A stretch of DNA of 64,000 nt from Candidatus Marinacidobacterales bacterium (GTDB lineage: Bacteria; Acidobacteriota; Vicinamibacteria; Marinacidobacterales; DATDRI01): positions 5,248,001 to 5,312,000 of the forward strand of contig CBDCNP010000002.1 in the NCBI GenBank assembly GCA_965219415.1, given 5' to 3'. The translations under genes and the position numbers were made by a program. The notes below the pieces were generated by a model, which had not been told where the DNA came from, did no database searches, and worked only from the letters and a program-made list of their open reading frames with translations. Of this stretch, positions 1-11,595 are shown one piece after another; within the stretch, counting starts at the first letter, position 1; each line of letters opens with the position of its first letter.

Positions 1-193
1 CCCAGTCGCTGCCAAGAATGCTTAGATCCAAGATAACCAAGTCGTAGTCGTTTCTCGAAGCTCGCCCCGTAGCACCATCGATGCGCTCGGGCGCATCCAC
101 AGAAAAACCCCGGGGACTCAAGGCCTCGACGATGGCCTGTCGTTCCCGCTGCTCGGGCTCGATGACCAGAATCCGCTCTCGGCGCGACGGCAT
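1..193 (-). CDS. Response-regulator receiver-like protein, 5' part (runs off window)
   Basis: Manual translation from ATG at 193: MPSRRERILVIEPEQRERQAIVEAL...YDLVILDLSILG, a receiver-domain pattern. Confidence 0.7.
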   Translation of the reverse strand, partial: MPSRRERILVIEPEQRERQAIVEALSPRGFSVDAPERIDGATGRASRNDYDLVILDLSILGSDW

Positions 194-197
194 AGGC

Positions 198-686
198 TTA
201 CTGTTCCCAGCCCGGCTGGCGGCCAGGGGCGAATTCGGCCACCTGAAACCATCCCGCACGCTCGACGATCGCTGCTCCAACCGAAGCGGGAGCTGAATAC
301 CCTTGGTCTTGCGGTGGCCGGGGTTTCGGTGCAACAGATCTTGCACTTGCCGTTTGGTCTCCTCGTAACGCCCGGCTTTTTGTAGATGCGAGACAACGGA
401 AAATCGAGGTCTCGAATCCGCTGGTCGTTTTAGGAGACTCTGCTGTAAGTTGTGGATCAAGTTGCCGTAGTGATTCCGAGTCTTCGGCGGCCGGCGAGCT
501 CGCCGCCACTTCGCTGACGAAAGACTCTTCCGCATAACAACCGACCCTTAGCATCCTCAGCAATGGACGTGCCAGCAGTCGGGCGCGGCGCGGGCCTCTA
601 AGACCTTCTGAAAGAGGGGTTTCCAAACCGTCTCTTGGCGCATCGAAGACCCTTGTCTCTACCTGCATTGTTTGCACTCGATCCAA
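198..686 (-). CDS. Hypothetical protein (doubtful; may be frameshifted with the 118-396 ORF)
   Basis: 162-aa ORF ending just before the receiver gene start; no motif recognised. Confidence 0.25.
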   Translation of the reverse strand: MDRVQTMQVETRVFDAPRDGLETPLSEGLRGPRRARLLARPLLRMLRVGCYAEESFVSEVAASSPAAEDSESLRQLDPQLTAESPKTTSGFETSIFRCLASTKSRALRGDQTASARSVAPKPRPPQDQGYSAPASVGAAIVERAGWFQVAEFAPGRQPGWEQ

Positions 687-1006
687 AACTAGCCCATGGC
701 GAGTATGTGGTCAAATGACTCGGGGAGGGCTGTCATTTCGCCAAATTTGCGCGAGATCGGTCCGAGGATGTCTCTGCACTTCTTGCGTTGTGGATGTGAC
801 GCTTGCACAGTCTGCGTTGTTCAAGTGTCGCCTCGTCTCTCGTCCTGACTTTGGTTCCCGAGTCAGAAGAATGTTCAGGAAGCTGTCGAGCCCCCATGTA
901 CTTGGCCAAGACAGGACTTCGGCGGGGTCCACACGTAGTCAGGCGGTCGTCAAGCGGCTCTTCGTTGACAGCGACTCGTTGCCGACTCTACACTGGCTTC
1001 AGTAGC

Positions 1007-1100
1007 GGCGCCTGGCCAAGCCGATAGTGGCAACCGGACAGTTTGGCGCCCGGCGCCTTGCCAAGTCGATAGTGGCAACTGGATATTTTGGCGCCCGGCG
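1007..1100. repeat. Two tandem 44-bp units (45-bp period) upstream of ku
   Basis: GGCGCCTGGCCAAGCCGATAGTGGCAACCGGACAGTTTGGCGCC then GGCGCCTTGCCAAGTCGATAGTGGCAACTGGATATTTTGGCGCC. Confidence 0.85.
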
Positions 1101-1171
1101 GTTTTGCTTTGCGGTCCGGCGTTCCGGCCTTCTCGGCTTTATCGAGAGAGAATCACAAAAGGGGGTTGGTG

Positions 1172-2002
1172 GTGAGACCCACGTGGAAAGGTTTCCTCAA
1201 GTTATCGTTGGTCAACATACCGGTGCGAATGTATCCGGCCGCCCGATCACAGTCACTGCACTTCAATCAGATTCACAAGACCTGCAGTACGCGAATCAAG
1301 TACGACAAGAAATGCCCAACGTGTAACTGCAGTGTGAGTAGCGATGACATCCTCAAGGGCTATGAGCTCGCGAAGGACCAATACGTAATCCTCGACGCCG
1401 AGGACTTCGACAAGGTCCGACTGGAGTCGACCAAGTCCATCTCCATCGTCCAGTTCGTGAGCGACGGCGACATCGACCCTGTGTACTACCACGGATCTCA
1501 TTATTTGGTTCCGGACGGATCGGTAGCGATCGAGAGTTATGCGACGATCCGTCGGGTCATGGAGGAAAAGGGACGCGTGGCGCTCGCTAAAGTCGTCCTC
1601 AGCGGAAAGGAACAGGTCATGGCCATCCGCCCGAAAGATGATGGCTTTGTCATGTCCGGCCTTTACTACGGAGACGAGGTGCGTAGCATGAGCGCCCTAG
1701 AGGAGCTCCAGAACCAACCGGATGCCAACCAGCAAGAAGTTGACCTCGCAGGCCAGCTCATCGACAGCATCACCAAGCCTTTCCAACCCGAGTCGTTCGA
1801 AGACGAGTACCGCAAGCAGTTGCTCGACATCATCACTGCCAAGGCGGAGGGCAAGGAGATTGTTGAGCCACCGCAAATCGAAACGGGAAAGGTCATCAAT
1901 CTCATGGACGCTCTCAAGAACAGCCTCGAGCGGGCGCAGACCCCTGCCGTAGAAAGCGGCGACGAAGAGCTCCCGGCCACCGGCACGACGCCCAAACAGT
2001 AG
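1172..2002 (+). CDS. ku: Non-homologous end-joining protein Ku
   Basis: (M)RPTWKGFLKLSLVNIPV...RIKYDKKC...ILKGYE...YLVPD...KVINLMDALKNSL; GTG start after a purine-rich RBS-like stretch. Confidence 0.95.
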   Translation: MRPTWKGFLKLSLVNIPVRMYPAARSQSLHFNQIHKTCSTRIKYDKKCPTCNCSVSSDDILKGYELAKDQYVILDAEDFDKVRLESTKSISIVQFVSDGDIDPVYYHGSHYLVPDGSVAIESYATIRRVMEEKGRVALAKVVLSGKEQVMAIRPKDDGFVMSGLYYGDEVRSMSALEELQNQPDANQQEVDLAGQLIDSITKPFQPESFEDEYRKQLLDIITAKAEGKEIVEPPQIETGKVINLMDALKNSLERAQTPAVESGDEELPATGTTPKQ

Positions 2003-2047
2003 AATCCTTGAGCCTTTGAGGACTTTCAGTTTGGGTCAGCTCTTCGA

Positions 2048-3001
2048 ATGACAGACTGGCTCGATAAGAAGATCACACCCATGCTGGCCTCCGCGGGCCA
2101 GCCCTTCGACTCCAGCAAGCATCTCTACGAGATCAAGTGGGACGGTATCAGGGTCCTCGCCTTCTTCGGAAAGGACCGGATTCGACTCCAAACGCGGCGC
2201 CATTTAAACACGACGCACCGATATCCAGAGATCGTCCGCGCTCTCAGGGACCTCCCAGGAGAAGGAATTCTGGACGGGGAGGTTGTCGTCTTCGACGGAG
2301 ACAAACCGAGCTTCGAACGGGCGCTCGAGCGCGAGCTGGTGTCCGACCCAACCCGGATCGCACAGCGCGTCCGCGACATCCCTGCGTATTACGTCGCCTT
2401 CGACCTTCTCTACCTGGACGGGCGCGTGCTCATAGAAGAGCCTCTGTCCGAACGGAAGCAAATTCTGTCGGAGCTGCTCACGGAAAGTCCGCCCAGACCC
2501 ATCATCGAGTCCGCCTACATTTTGGAGCGCGGAACCGCGTACTACCAGGAGGCTGCCGAACAGGGGCTGGAAGGCATCGTAGCCAAGACTCTCGACGGCC
2601 GTTACCTTCCAGGCAAACGCACGCGAGATTGGATCAAAATCAAAACCCGTCGCACGATCGATTGTGTCGTTTTGGGAACCGTCCTCAAGAAAGGCACGGG
2701 GCGAGTGAAGTCCTTAGTGCTCGGTGCCTACCGCAACGATGCGCTCATCTGGATCGGCAATGTTGGAAGCGGCTTGGATGGAAAGACTCTCCACGCGCTC
2801 AAGCAGGAGCTCGGTCCGCTCGAGAATGACCCTCCGAAGGGGCTCAAGGTGGTCGCCCCGGGCAACGTCTGTTGGCTTAGGCCCGTCCTCGTCGCCCGCG
2901 TCGAATACGCCGAGACGACCAGGGAAGGAAGGCTAAGGGCCCCGGTCTTCGTGGGATTCGTAGACTCGCCTCCCGAAAAGTGCATGGCTCCCAGCCACTG
3001 A
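2048..3001 (+). CDS. ligD: ATP-dependent DNA ligase, LigD ligase+OB domain only
   Basis: PMLA, YEIKWDGIR (adenylation Lys), LDGEVV, AFDLLYLDG, GLEGIVAK, YLPGKRTRDWIKIK, GRLRAPVF; adjacent to ku. Confidence 0.92.
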   Translation: MTDWLDKKITPMLASAGQPFDSSKHLYEIKWDGIRVLAFFGKDRIRLQTRRHLNTTHRYPEIVRALRDLPGEGILDGEVVVFDGDKPSFERALERELVSDPTRIAQRVRDIPAYYVAFDLLYLDGRVLIEEPLSERKQILSELLTESPPRPIIESAYILERGTAYYQEAAEQGLEGIVAKTLDGRYLPGKRTRDWIKIKTRRTIDCVVLGTVLKKGTGRVKSLVLGAYRNDALIWIGNVGSGLDGKTLHALKQELGPLENDPPKGLKVVAPGNVCWLRPVLVARVEYAETTREGRLRAPVFVGFVDSPPEKCMAPSH

Positions 3002-3002
3002 C

Positions 3003-3572
3003 TCAACCCACCTCCGGCAGAAGCTCTACAAGTTCTTTCACCAAACGGCCGGTGATTCCCCAGATGTCGTGCTCCTCGTAACGATAGTGATAGATCGAAA
3101 TCTCTTGGCCTGGCGATATCTCTCGCCGCTCTATGGAAACCACGTTCGGTTCGCGAAGCGCCGCCAGAGGCACGAATAGCAGTTCTTCCACTTCGTGATT
3201 AGTTCGAAACGCATAGGGTCCTTTTACGAGGCCCACAAAAGGCGTGATGCGAAATCCAGTGATGGTCGGCATCTCGTCCAGCTGTCCAAGAATCTGAACG
3301 CCCGACGCCTTGAGTCCTACCTCTTCCTCGCTCTCTCTCAACGCCGCGGCTAGTGGAGAGGCATCACCCGGATCGATTGCGCCACCTGGAAAAGAGATAT
3401 CGCCCGGCTGCCGACGCAAGGAAGAGGCTCGGACGGTCAAGAGTAGTCGGTAATCGTCCGTCTCCAACACGAGAGGGAGAAGGACGGCGGCCGGTCGCAG
3501 AGTCTCGTTTTTGGCACGTTGCGCCTCGCGGGCCTCCAGGCGACGACGTACTTCCTCCTCTATCTCGGCCAT
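3003..3572 (-). CDS. Nudix hydrolase, CoA pyrophosphatase type
   Basis: AAVLLPL, LLTVRASSLRRQPGDISFPGG, Nudix box AALRESEEEVGL, IWGITG. Confidence 0.9.
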   Translation of the reverse strand: MAEIEEEVRRRLEAREAQRAKNETLRPAAVLLPLVLETDDYRLLLTVRASSLRRQPGDISFPGGAIDPGDASPLAAALRESEEEVGLKASGVQILGQLDEMPTITGFRITPFVGLVKGPYAFRTNHEVEELLFVPLAALREPNVVSIERREISPGQEISIYHYRYEEHDIWGITGRLVKELVELLPEVG

Positions 3573-3588
3573 GACCCGTATTATGCTT

Positions 3589-4633
3589 CGCGAATTCATA
3601 AAGTAAGTGCAACACAGCTCCCGGATGAGGTGACCTGGAATGTGCCACGATTCCTCAAACAACCAAGAATGGGGACTCGCTAATGACTTATTACCAGATC
3701 ACCTCGGAAGAACGATACACCATCGCGGCGCTGCGACGGGAGGGATTTTGCTCGGCCGAGATTGCGCGGCGCCTGGGGCACCACCGGAGCACAATCTCGA
3801 GAGAGGTCAGGAGGAACAGCTCACGTAATGATGGATGCTACCGGCCGAGCAAGGCCATCGAGAAAACGAACGGACGACGATCGCGGTCTCGCCGGAACCA
3901 GTACTTCACAAAGGCCGACTTTGCCCTGGTGGAGAAGAAGCTTAAGGCTGACTGGAGCCCAGAGCAGATCTCCGGCCACCTGCGCCTTCACGGCGAGCTC
4001 TCGATCAGCCACGAGACGATCTACACCCACGTCTGGCGGGACAAGGAGGCCGGAGGACATCTATACCGCCACCTTCGATGCTCGCCCAAACTTAGACGCA
4101 AGCGCCACAACAGCTATGACAGCCGAGGCCACCTGGCCGGGAAGCGTCATATCTCCGAGCGGCCGCCTTGTGTCGACAAGCGCAGTGCCGTTGGCCACTG
4201 GGAGATCGACACCGTGGTAGGAAAAGGCGCGCCGGACTGCGTAACCACGCTCGTGGAACGAAAGACGGGCTATGCGCTGATCGGCAAGCTGTCCGACCGC
4301 ACCATGTTCAGCACTAGTCAGCGAACGAAGATGTTGCTCCGGCGGGTGCCGGAGCAGGTCAAGACGATCACCGCGGACAATGGTACGGAGTTCCACGACT
4401 ACGAATCCGTCGAGGAAGCGACCGGCGTCAAGTTCTACTTCGCAACTCCCTATCACTCATGGGAGAGAGGCAGCAACGAGAACTTCAATGGCCTGCTACG
4501 ACAATACCTGCCGAAGCGCACCAGCCAAGCAGCGCTCACGCAACGCGACTGCGATCGTATCGCAAACAAGCTCAACTCACGGCCCCGCAAGAGACTCGGC
4601 TACCGCACACCGGAGGAACGTTTCCATTCAGTG
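3589..4633 (+). mobile_element. IS30-family element, right end deleted
   Basis: Left-end motif GAATTCA..AAGTGCAACAC; sequence switches to an rve-family fragment at TCAGTG. Confidence 0.75.
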
Positions 4634-4657
4634 AGCGACACCTGCGCACAGCGGTAA
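3683..4657 (+). CDS. IS30-family transposase
   Basis: [66 protein letters not shown]. Confidence 0.93.
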   Translation: MTYYQITSEERYTIAALRREGFCSAEIARRLGHHRSTISREVRRNSSRNDGCYRPSKAIEKTNGRRSRSRRNQYFTKADFALVEKKLKADWSPEQISGHLRLHGELSISHETIYTHVWRDKEAGGHLYRHLRCSPKLRRKRHNSYDSRGHLAGKRHISERPPCVDKRSAVGHWEIDTVVGKGAPDCVTTLVERKTGYALIGKLSDRTMFSTSQRTKMLLRRVPEQVKTITADNGTEFHDYESVEEATGVKFYFATPYHSWERGSNENFNGLLRQYLPKRTSQAALTQRDCDRIANKLNSRPRKRLGYRTPEERFHSVSDTCAQR

Positions 4658-5044
4658 CCGAATACGTAGTGCACTATCACACAGAACGGAACCACCAAGG
4701 TCTCGGCAACGAGCTCATCACACCTCTGCCGGCAAGCGCGAATGACGCTGGCCCCATCGTGTCGCGAGAGCGACTTTGGGGCATTCTCAACTACTACTGC
4801 CGTGCCGCGTAGATGGTCGCTGGCGACGGTAGCCCCTCGGCGGGCTCAACCGGCGTAGCGTGGAAACCGCTTCAGGAACACGCTTCGATATTCGCTCTCG
4901 ACTAGGAGGTCATCTGCATGGTGACGACCCGCCCGCCCAAGACGATTGTAAAGCCCACGGCCCTTGGCCCGGTCGCAAACACAGACACTAAGTTGCTGAT
5001 TTATGGCCTATTTCAAAAGGGCCGAGTTTTGGCACAGGACGGGG
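4628..5044 (+). mobile_element. rve-family transposase C-terminal remnant plus terminus
   Basis: [26 protein letters not shown]...YYCRAA*; ends ...GAGTTTTGGCACAGGACGGGG; near-identical to 47771-48190. Confidence 0.8.
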
Positions 5045-5678
5045 GCGACATTTCCGATCGGCTCCAAGAGTCGTTGCGTGTTGTACCAATGGACCCACTC
5101 GAGGGTGGCGAACTCAACGTCTTCGAGACCACGCCAGGGCCCACGTCGACGGATCACCTCGGTCTTGTAGAGGCCGATGATGGATTCAGCCAAAGCGTTA
5201 TCGTAAGAGTCGCCTCGGCTGCCGACGGACGGCTCAATGCCCGCCTCGGCGAGCCGCTCGGTGTAACGGGTCGAGACGTACTGCACGCCGCGATCGCTGT
5301 GATGCACCAATGGATCTTCTGGGTTTAGTCGGCGCTCGTGCAGCGCCTGCTCCAACGCATCGAGAGCGATGCCGGCAGTCAACGATGTCGTCGCTCGCCA
5401 ACCGACGATGAGTCGAGCGAAGACGTCGATGACGAAGGCGACATACACGAAGCCGCGCCACGTGGCGATGTAGGTCAGGTCCGAAACCCAGAGCTCGTTC
5501 GGGCGTGTGGCGTTGAAGTCGCGCTCCACGAGGTCCATCGGGTGAGCGCCGCTCGAATCCGGCTTCGTCGTCTTGAATCGACGTCCACGGACCGCCCCCT
5601 GGAGACCCATTTCACGCATCAGACGGGCCACCGTGCATCGAGCCACGTCGCGGCCCTCACGGCACAGCTGACGCCAGA
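5042..5678 (-). pseudogene. IS3-family orfB, 3' part (copy of the 9720-10951 element, truncated)
   Basis: [26 protein letters not shown]; near-identical to 10216-10855. Confidence 0.9.
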
Positions 5679-5709
5679 TGGGCTTGATCCGGTTTCGTAG
5701 ACGGTTTAG

Positions 5710-6576
5710 TTAAGCTGGCGAAGTCCTCATCCGTCGTTCAAACTCGGCCGGACTGACCTGGCCGAGGGTCGAGTGTCGTCGTCTCTGGTTGTAGAATACC
5801 TCGATGAAGTCGAAGAGGGCCATCTTGGCCTCGCCGCAACTGAGGAAATGCTCCCCAAGCTCGTGCTTGACCGTGGAGAACCAGCTCTCGATGACGGCGT
5901 TGTCGTAGCAGTTGCCCCGTCGGCTCATGCTCCCGGTCATGCCATGCGTCTCAAGGAGACGTTGGTAGTCTTTGCTGGCATACGGACTGCCCTGATCGGA
6001 GTGATGCAAGAGCCCCGCGGCCGGTTGGCGACGTTTCAGTGCCATCCGCAACGCCTTGATAACCAGGTGACGGTCGTTAATAGCACTTACGGCCCACCCA
6101 ACGAGGAATCGCGAGTAGAGGTCGAGGAGCGCCGCGAGATAAAGCTTCCCGCCGCTGCCGATCACGAACTCGGTCGTGTCCCCGACCCACCGTTGGTTCG
6201 GCGCATCGGCGACGAAGTCTTGCCCGAGCACATTGGCCGCGACGGGCTGGCCATGACCGCTTACCGTCGTGCGCTTGAAGCGTTTGCGTACTCGAGCAAT
6301 GAGGCCTTCTGCCTGTTTCAACCGAATCACCCGCTTCCGACTCACTCGATACCCCTGCTCGTGCAGGTCGTGATAAATCCGCGGACTCCCATAGGTGCGG
6401 CGACTCGCCTCATGGGAGGCACGAATCAACACGCGCAACTGGCGGTCCCGGCGCGCGTGGGCCGACGGCGGCCGACGTACCCAGGCATAAAAGCCACTCC
6501 GAGAGACGTTGAGAATCTGACACAGGTGAACGACCGGTACGGTGGCCTTCTCCGCCTGGATGAACGCGAATCTTAC
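5710..6576 (-). CDS. IS3-family orfB (DDE), probable indel near 5' end
   Basis: YGSPRI, WVGDTT, HSDQGSPY, SRRGNCYDNAVIES, YNQRRRHSTLG; open frame 5710-6438. Confidence 0.85.
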   Translation of the reverse strand, partial: VRFAFIQAEKATVPVVHLCQILNVSRSGFYAWVRRPPSAHARRDRQLRVLIRASHEASRRTYGSPRIYHDLHEQGYRVSRKRVIRLKQAEGLIARVRKRFKRTTVSGHGQPVAANVLGQDFVADAPNQRWVGDTTEFVIGSGGKLYLAALLDLYSRFLVGWAVSAINDRHLVIKALRMALKRRQPAAGLLHHSDQGSPYASKDYQRLLETHGMTGSMSRRGNCYDNAVIESWFSTVKHELGEHFLSCGEAKMALFDFIEVFYNQRRRHSTLGQVSPAEFERRMRTSPA

Positions 6577-6890
6577 TCGCTCTCCTTCGCGAAGAAGGCC
6601 GCGGCTTTTTTTAAAACGTCGCGCTCCACCCGCAACCGCCGATTCTCTTTGCGGAGCCGCCGAAGCTCCTCGCGTTCCACGCCCGTCAAGCCCGTCCGGC
6701 CCTTCGTCCGATCGGCCCGGGCCTGACGGACCCAGTTGCGAAACGCCGATTCGGTGAGGTCAAGCTCCCGGGCCACCCGACCCACGCTCTGGCCCTCATC
6801 AAGCACCAGCCGGACCGCGCCTGCCTTAAACTCGTCATCAAACTCCCGGCGGGGTCGCCGGGGCTGCGTTGTCTTTGCCATTGTGGACAT
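6573..6890 (-). CDS. IS3-family orfA
   Basis: RREFDDEFKAGAVRLV...LKKAAAFFAKE; A7G slippery run at the orfA end. Confidence 0.9.
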   Translation of the reverse strand: MSTMAKTTQPRRPRREFDDEFKAGAVRLVLDEGQSVGRVARELDLTESAFRNWVRQARADRTKGRTGLTGVEREELRRLRKENRRLRVERDVLKKAAAFFAKESE

Positions 6891-6935
6891 CGTATCCGCC
6901 TTTCAGAAAGTGTCCACGAAACTGGATCAAGCCCA

Positions 6936-7289
6936 AGACCTTGCGCACGCCATACACGTCAAAGTTCTCTTGCCGTACACGACGAATCTCGCCGCGGAGT
7001 TGGACGTCGCGCTTCGCTCTCGCTGGCAGGCGGCTTGGGTCCTTCTCTCTCGCTTTCTGCTCGTAATAGGTCGACGGGGCAATCGGAAGCATCCGGCAGA
7101 TCGGCTCGACCCCGTAATTCTCACGGTTCGCGTCCACGAACAACATATTCACCTCGGTCGGCGGTCGAGCTCCGCCTGGGCGAAAAACGCCGACGCCTTG
7201 AGAAGGATCTCGTTCGCCCGCTTTAGCTCACGGTTCTCTCGCTCAAGCTCCTTCAGCCGCTGACCCTCGTCCGTCGTCAGTCCCGCTCG
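6936..7289 (-). pseudogene. IS3-family orfA end/orfB start (rest of the interrupted copy)
   Basis: Matches 9865-10218; continues the 5042-5678 segment across the insertion. Confidence 0.88.
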
Positions 7290-7418
7290 CGTCGTGTCCA
7301 AAAATACAAATGAACTCTAAGACCCGCGCGCCGAGCCGTTGCAGAGTTCATCTATCATTATCAGGGAGAGCGCAACCATCAAGGGCTTGGCAACGCGTTT
7401 GTGTTTTTGGACACGACG
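7290..7418. mobile_element. 129-bp MITE derived from an rve-family element (type A ends)
   Basis: 23-bp TIR CGTCGTGTCCAAAAAYACAAAYG; interior retains [11 protein letters not shown] codons. Confidence 0.85.
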
Positions 7419-7424
7419 GGCACA

Positions 7425-7620
7425 GCCACGCGCAATTCCTACTGCTCGTTGTGGCTGGCTGGGTCAACCGCCAGCAGCAGGATGTGATCGACTACCAGCA
7501 AAAGGAGAACCGTGTGCTCCGAGCCGGGCTTCGGGGCAAGCGTCTCAGGCTCTCGGACGACGACCGGCGCAGGCTCGCCGTCAAGGCCCAGGCTTTGGAC
7601 CGCGAGGCGCTCAAGAAAGA
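7425..7620 (+). pseudogene. rve-family transposase N-terminal fragment
   Basis: [48 protein letters not shown], as at 31780-31960. Confidence 0.8.
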
Positions 7621-7699
7621 ACGCGTTGTTTCGCCACAAGAAGCTAGGTCCGTCAGGCGATGCGTGACAGCCGGTAATCGTGATGGAGCCCACCGGTCG

Positions 7700-7884
7700 A
7701 CCGGCGCGAAGCAGCCGATCATGGCAGGTCTAAACCGTGCAATCAACGCTGGATCGACTTTTTGCGGAGCACAACTACGGTTTCCCCTTGAACGAGAATT
7801 TCAATTTGCGATCGGCGCGAAGCAGCTGATCGTGGTAGGTCTAGGCCGCGCAATCAACGCCGGATCGACTTTTTGCGGAGCACA
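7700..7884. repeat. Two tandem copies of the type B rve-element terminus
   Basis: GAAGCAGCCGATCATGGCAGGTCTAAACCG.GCAATCAACGC.GGATCGACTTTTTGCGGAGCACA twice; also at 14190-14262, 24865-24935, 37760-37834. Confidence 0.85.
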
Positions 7885-7991
7885 GCCCAATCCCCGCCAT
7901 CCTCATCGATCCTCTGCTGTCGATAACGTAGCGGCTCTCGATCTCTGGCTAGGATGCTCCGTCAGGAGTAGAAAAGTTGGGCAACACCAAG

Positions 7992-8729
7992 TCAATAGTT
8001 CACCCCGCCGGTCTTCTGTATCCTGAAAGCGTGGGATGATACATGTCCAACGAATAGCCCACTCTTGTTCTCGCCACGGGCTACTTGAACGGTTCGTTCA
8101 ACGTCGGCATCCCGGGTGTTCGCCCCGCCGTAGATTTCTTTTATTGCTTCCGGGGGAGGGTCTATTACTTTGATGGGCCAGCCGTTGCTGTCCTTCCTCC
8201 CGGTGTCGCGCGCCTGCTCCAGATCAACCAGTAGCCGGACTTCCTTCTCGTACGCCCACGATATCCCTTTCACCAGCAACAGCCGGGACAGTGACTTCCA
8301 ACCCGCTCCAAACTCCGCGAGGTCTGTACGTGCAAGGAGCGAGAAACCTTCTGTATTCCGGCCTGCTCTCAAATCACGTTCCATGCCCTCGCGGTTGACA
8401 AAATCCAACCGGATGGCGTCGCCTGCCGGTGGTTGGTACGTGGGGGCAATTTCCGAGTAAACCACCGGTCTTAACTCAAAGCCGAGAGCGCTCAATGCCT
8501 CCGTGTCGTAACCCACGACTATGCCAGCCCGTCGCCTTTTGCTTGGATGTTTATTATTCCCACCCGTTACGTTGGCTCTTTGGCGCTCATTCCAGAAGTG
8601 CCTCGCGACTGTGGCATATAGAGCGTCGATATCGTACGTATACATTCAGAACCTTGAAGGCCTCGAGTTTATGGAAGGGACAGGTTGTCCTTTAGCGACG
8701 TCTTCACCCACAAGGTCGCTCTCTATATG
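7992..8729 (-). pseudogene. DUF2971-like protein fragment
   Basis: GIVVGYD, V.YS, K..SWAYEKEVRLL motif; 5' end cut by an IS3 fragment. Confidence 0.55.
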
Positions 8730-8872
8730 TCATCGGCGGTCGAGCTCCGCCTGGGCGAAAAACGCCGACGCCTTGAGAAGGATCTCGTTCGCCCCCTTTA
8801 GCTCACGGTTCTCTCGCTCAAGCTCCTTCAGCCGCTGACCCTCGTCCGTCGTCAGTCCCGCTCGTTTCCCAG
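8730..8872 (-). pseudogene. IS3 orfA fragment
   Basis: [26 protein letters not shown], matching 9856-9995. Confidence 0.85.
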
Positions 8873-9283
8873 CCAACCTGACGTTGGCCATCGATCCTTC
8901 CCATGTGAAATCGCGCTGATGGAATAGAGGCAATATTCGAAAGTGATGCTCCGCCGGACCGCCGCAACAAGTTCGGATTGGGGGACATCTCTGAGGCTGT
9001 CTGGAGCACGAAGCGCTATTGCCTGTTCGATTATCTTCCCCGTCTCCCTGGTGGTCTTGTTAAGACGGCTTTGTGCTTCGAGTTCCATGGTGCGCGCGGG
9101 AACATATTCGGTTTCAGTGACGATGGGAGCTCTGTCGGGGTCGTCGACAAAGATATCGAGTCGTCCGCCTTCTCGGAAAACGTCGAGCAGTTCAGCACCA
9201 AGTGCCGATGTCTTGCCAATGCGAGTTTCGCGCAGAACCTCAGCTAGTGCTTGATTGAAAGTAGGTTCGTCGTTACGTGGCAT
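8873..9283 (-). pseudogene. N-terminal fragment of a probable restriction-modification (type IIG-like) protein
   Basis: EPTFNQALAEVLR...LDIFV..P...IVTETEY.PA..E.EA..RL, a nuclease-like pattern; truncated at IS3. Confidence 0.4.
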
Positions 9284-9354
9284 CTTGGATAATGGGTAAT
9301 GAGTCTATGACCACACGAACGATTGCAGGGCAGTCCCGTCCATTCTCTCACGCC

Positions 9355-9553
9355 CGTCCTGTCCAAAAACACAAACGAACTCAAGACTGGCGCGCCGGGC
9401 CGTTTCGATCGTCATCGCCCCGTGGCGAGCCCCAGATCTGGGGCGTGTCGGAGGCGATGTCGGCGATTCCGGGTTCTCCGCACGCGCAGGGAAAACACCG
9501 TCCAGCAACGGGATGCCACGCTTCCGGGCGGAGACCTGGATCCAGGCCCGGGC
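9355..9553 (+). mobile_element. Type A rve-element terminus
   Basis: CGTCCTGTCCAAAAACACAAACGAACTCAAGAC, similar to 7290, 37980(-), 38209. Confidence 0.7.
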
Positions 9554-9719
9554 GGTGCTTCCGCCATTAAGTGTTGGTGAGATGAAGCTAAGACTTTACG
9601 CTGCATTAAATTACAGCCAAAATAGCGCTCACGACCTTCGCCGCGCGCTAAATGGAGCGTAAGCGCTTTTTTTGCAAAGGGATACATACACATCACCAAC
9701 AGCAAACAGCGCAAGCACC
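9554..9719 (+). mobile_element. 166-bp IS1-type MITE, copy 1
   Basis: Ends GGTGCTTCCGCCATTAAGTGTTGGTG / CACCAACAGCAAACAGCGCAAGCACC; five copies in window. Confidence 0.9.
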
Positions 9720-10951
<1,232 letters not shown>

Positions 10952-11489
10952 GTCATCTAGGCAGAGCGAGGGATTGCTGCGGTCGTTGTTCGCTCTGATG
11001 AAGCTAGACAATGATGTGCCCGATCACACCACGATCTCGAGGCGCAAGCCGAAGCTGGGTAAGGTCCCCTTCTACCCAGTCAAGCAGAAGACGCCGTTGC
11101 ACATCTTGTTCGACAGCAGCGATCTCGCTGTCCACGCCGGCCAGCTGCGCAGAGCACAAAAGAGCAGGGACTATCGCAAGCTCCATCTGTGTGTCGACGA
11201 GCAGAGTGGCGAAGTCGTCGCCGGCGAGCTGACGAGCAAAAGAGCCCGCGATTCATCGCGGGTTGCATCGCTTGTCGGACAGATCGACAGTCCCATCTCA
11301 TCAGCCAGAGCTGACACCGCATACGACGCCGGCGGCGTCTATGAGGCAATCGAGAATCACAGCGCTCATCGCTCGCCGAGGGTGCTGATACCGCCGCGCA
11401 AGGGCGCCCTGCTCGCATCGGGGCCGGCGAGCAGCCGACAGCGCAATCGCAACATTGCAGCACAAGCTCGGCTCGGCAAACGAAAGTGG
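10952..11489 (+). pseudogene. IS5-family transposase internal fragment
   Basis: Near-identical to 45018-45555. Confidence 0.9.
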
Positions 11490-11595
11490 CTGTGCCTTCT
11501 ATTTATTCATCCGCGCGCACAGAACTTGATTAGTCTCTCTGCCTTCAAGGCTCGTCGCGAGCTGGCTCTCGAGAATGTCGCTCTTCGGCAGCAGG
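11490..11595 (+). mobile_element. rve subfamily terminus and N-terminal stub
   Basis: TGTGCCTTCTATTTATTCATCCGCGCGC (also at 36982); ELALENVALRQQ. Confidence 0.6.

Larger units (their letters stand above)
5679..6935 (-). mobile_element. Complete IS3-family element inserted in another IS3
   Basis: TIRs TGGGCTTGATCCGGTTTCGTAGAC / GTCCACGAAACTGGATCAAGCCCA; 3-bp TSD AGA (5676-5678, 6936-6938). Confidence 0.92.

Noticed and set aside
1007-1100. Possible mini-CRISPR or sigma54 promoter
   Set aside because: Only two abutting units with no spacer and no cas genes; GG-N10-GC spacing not found in consensus context.
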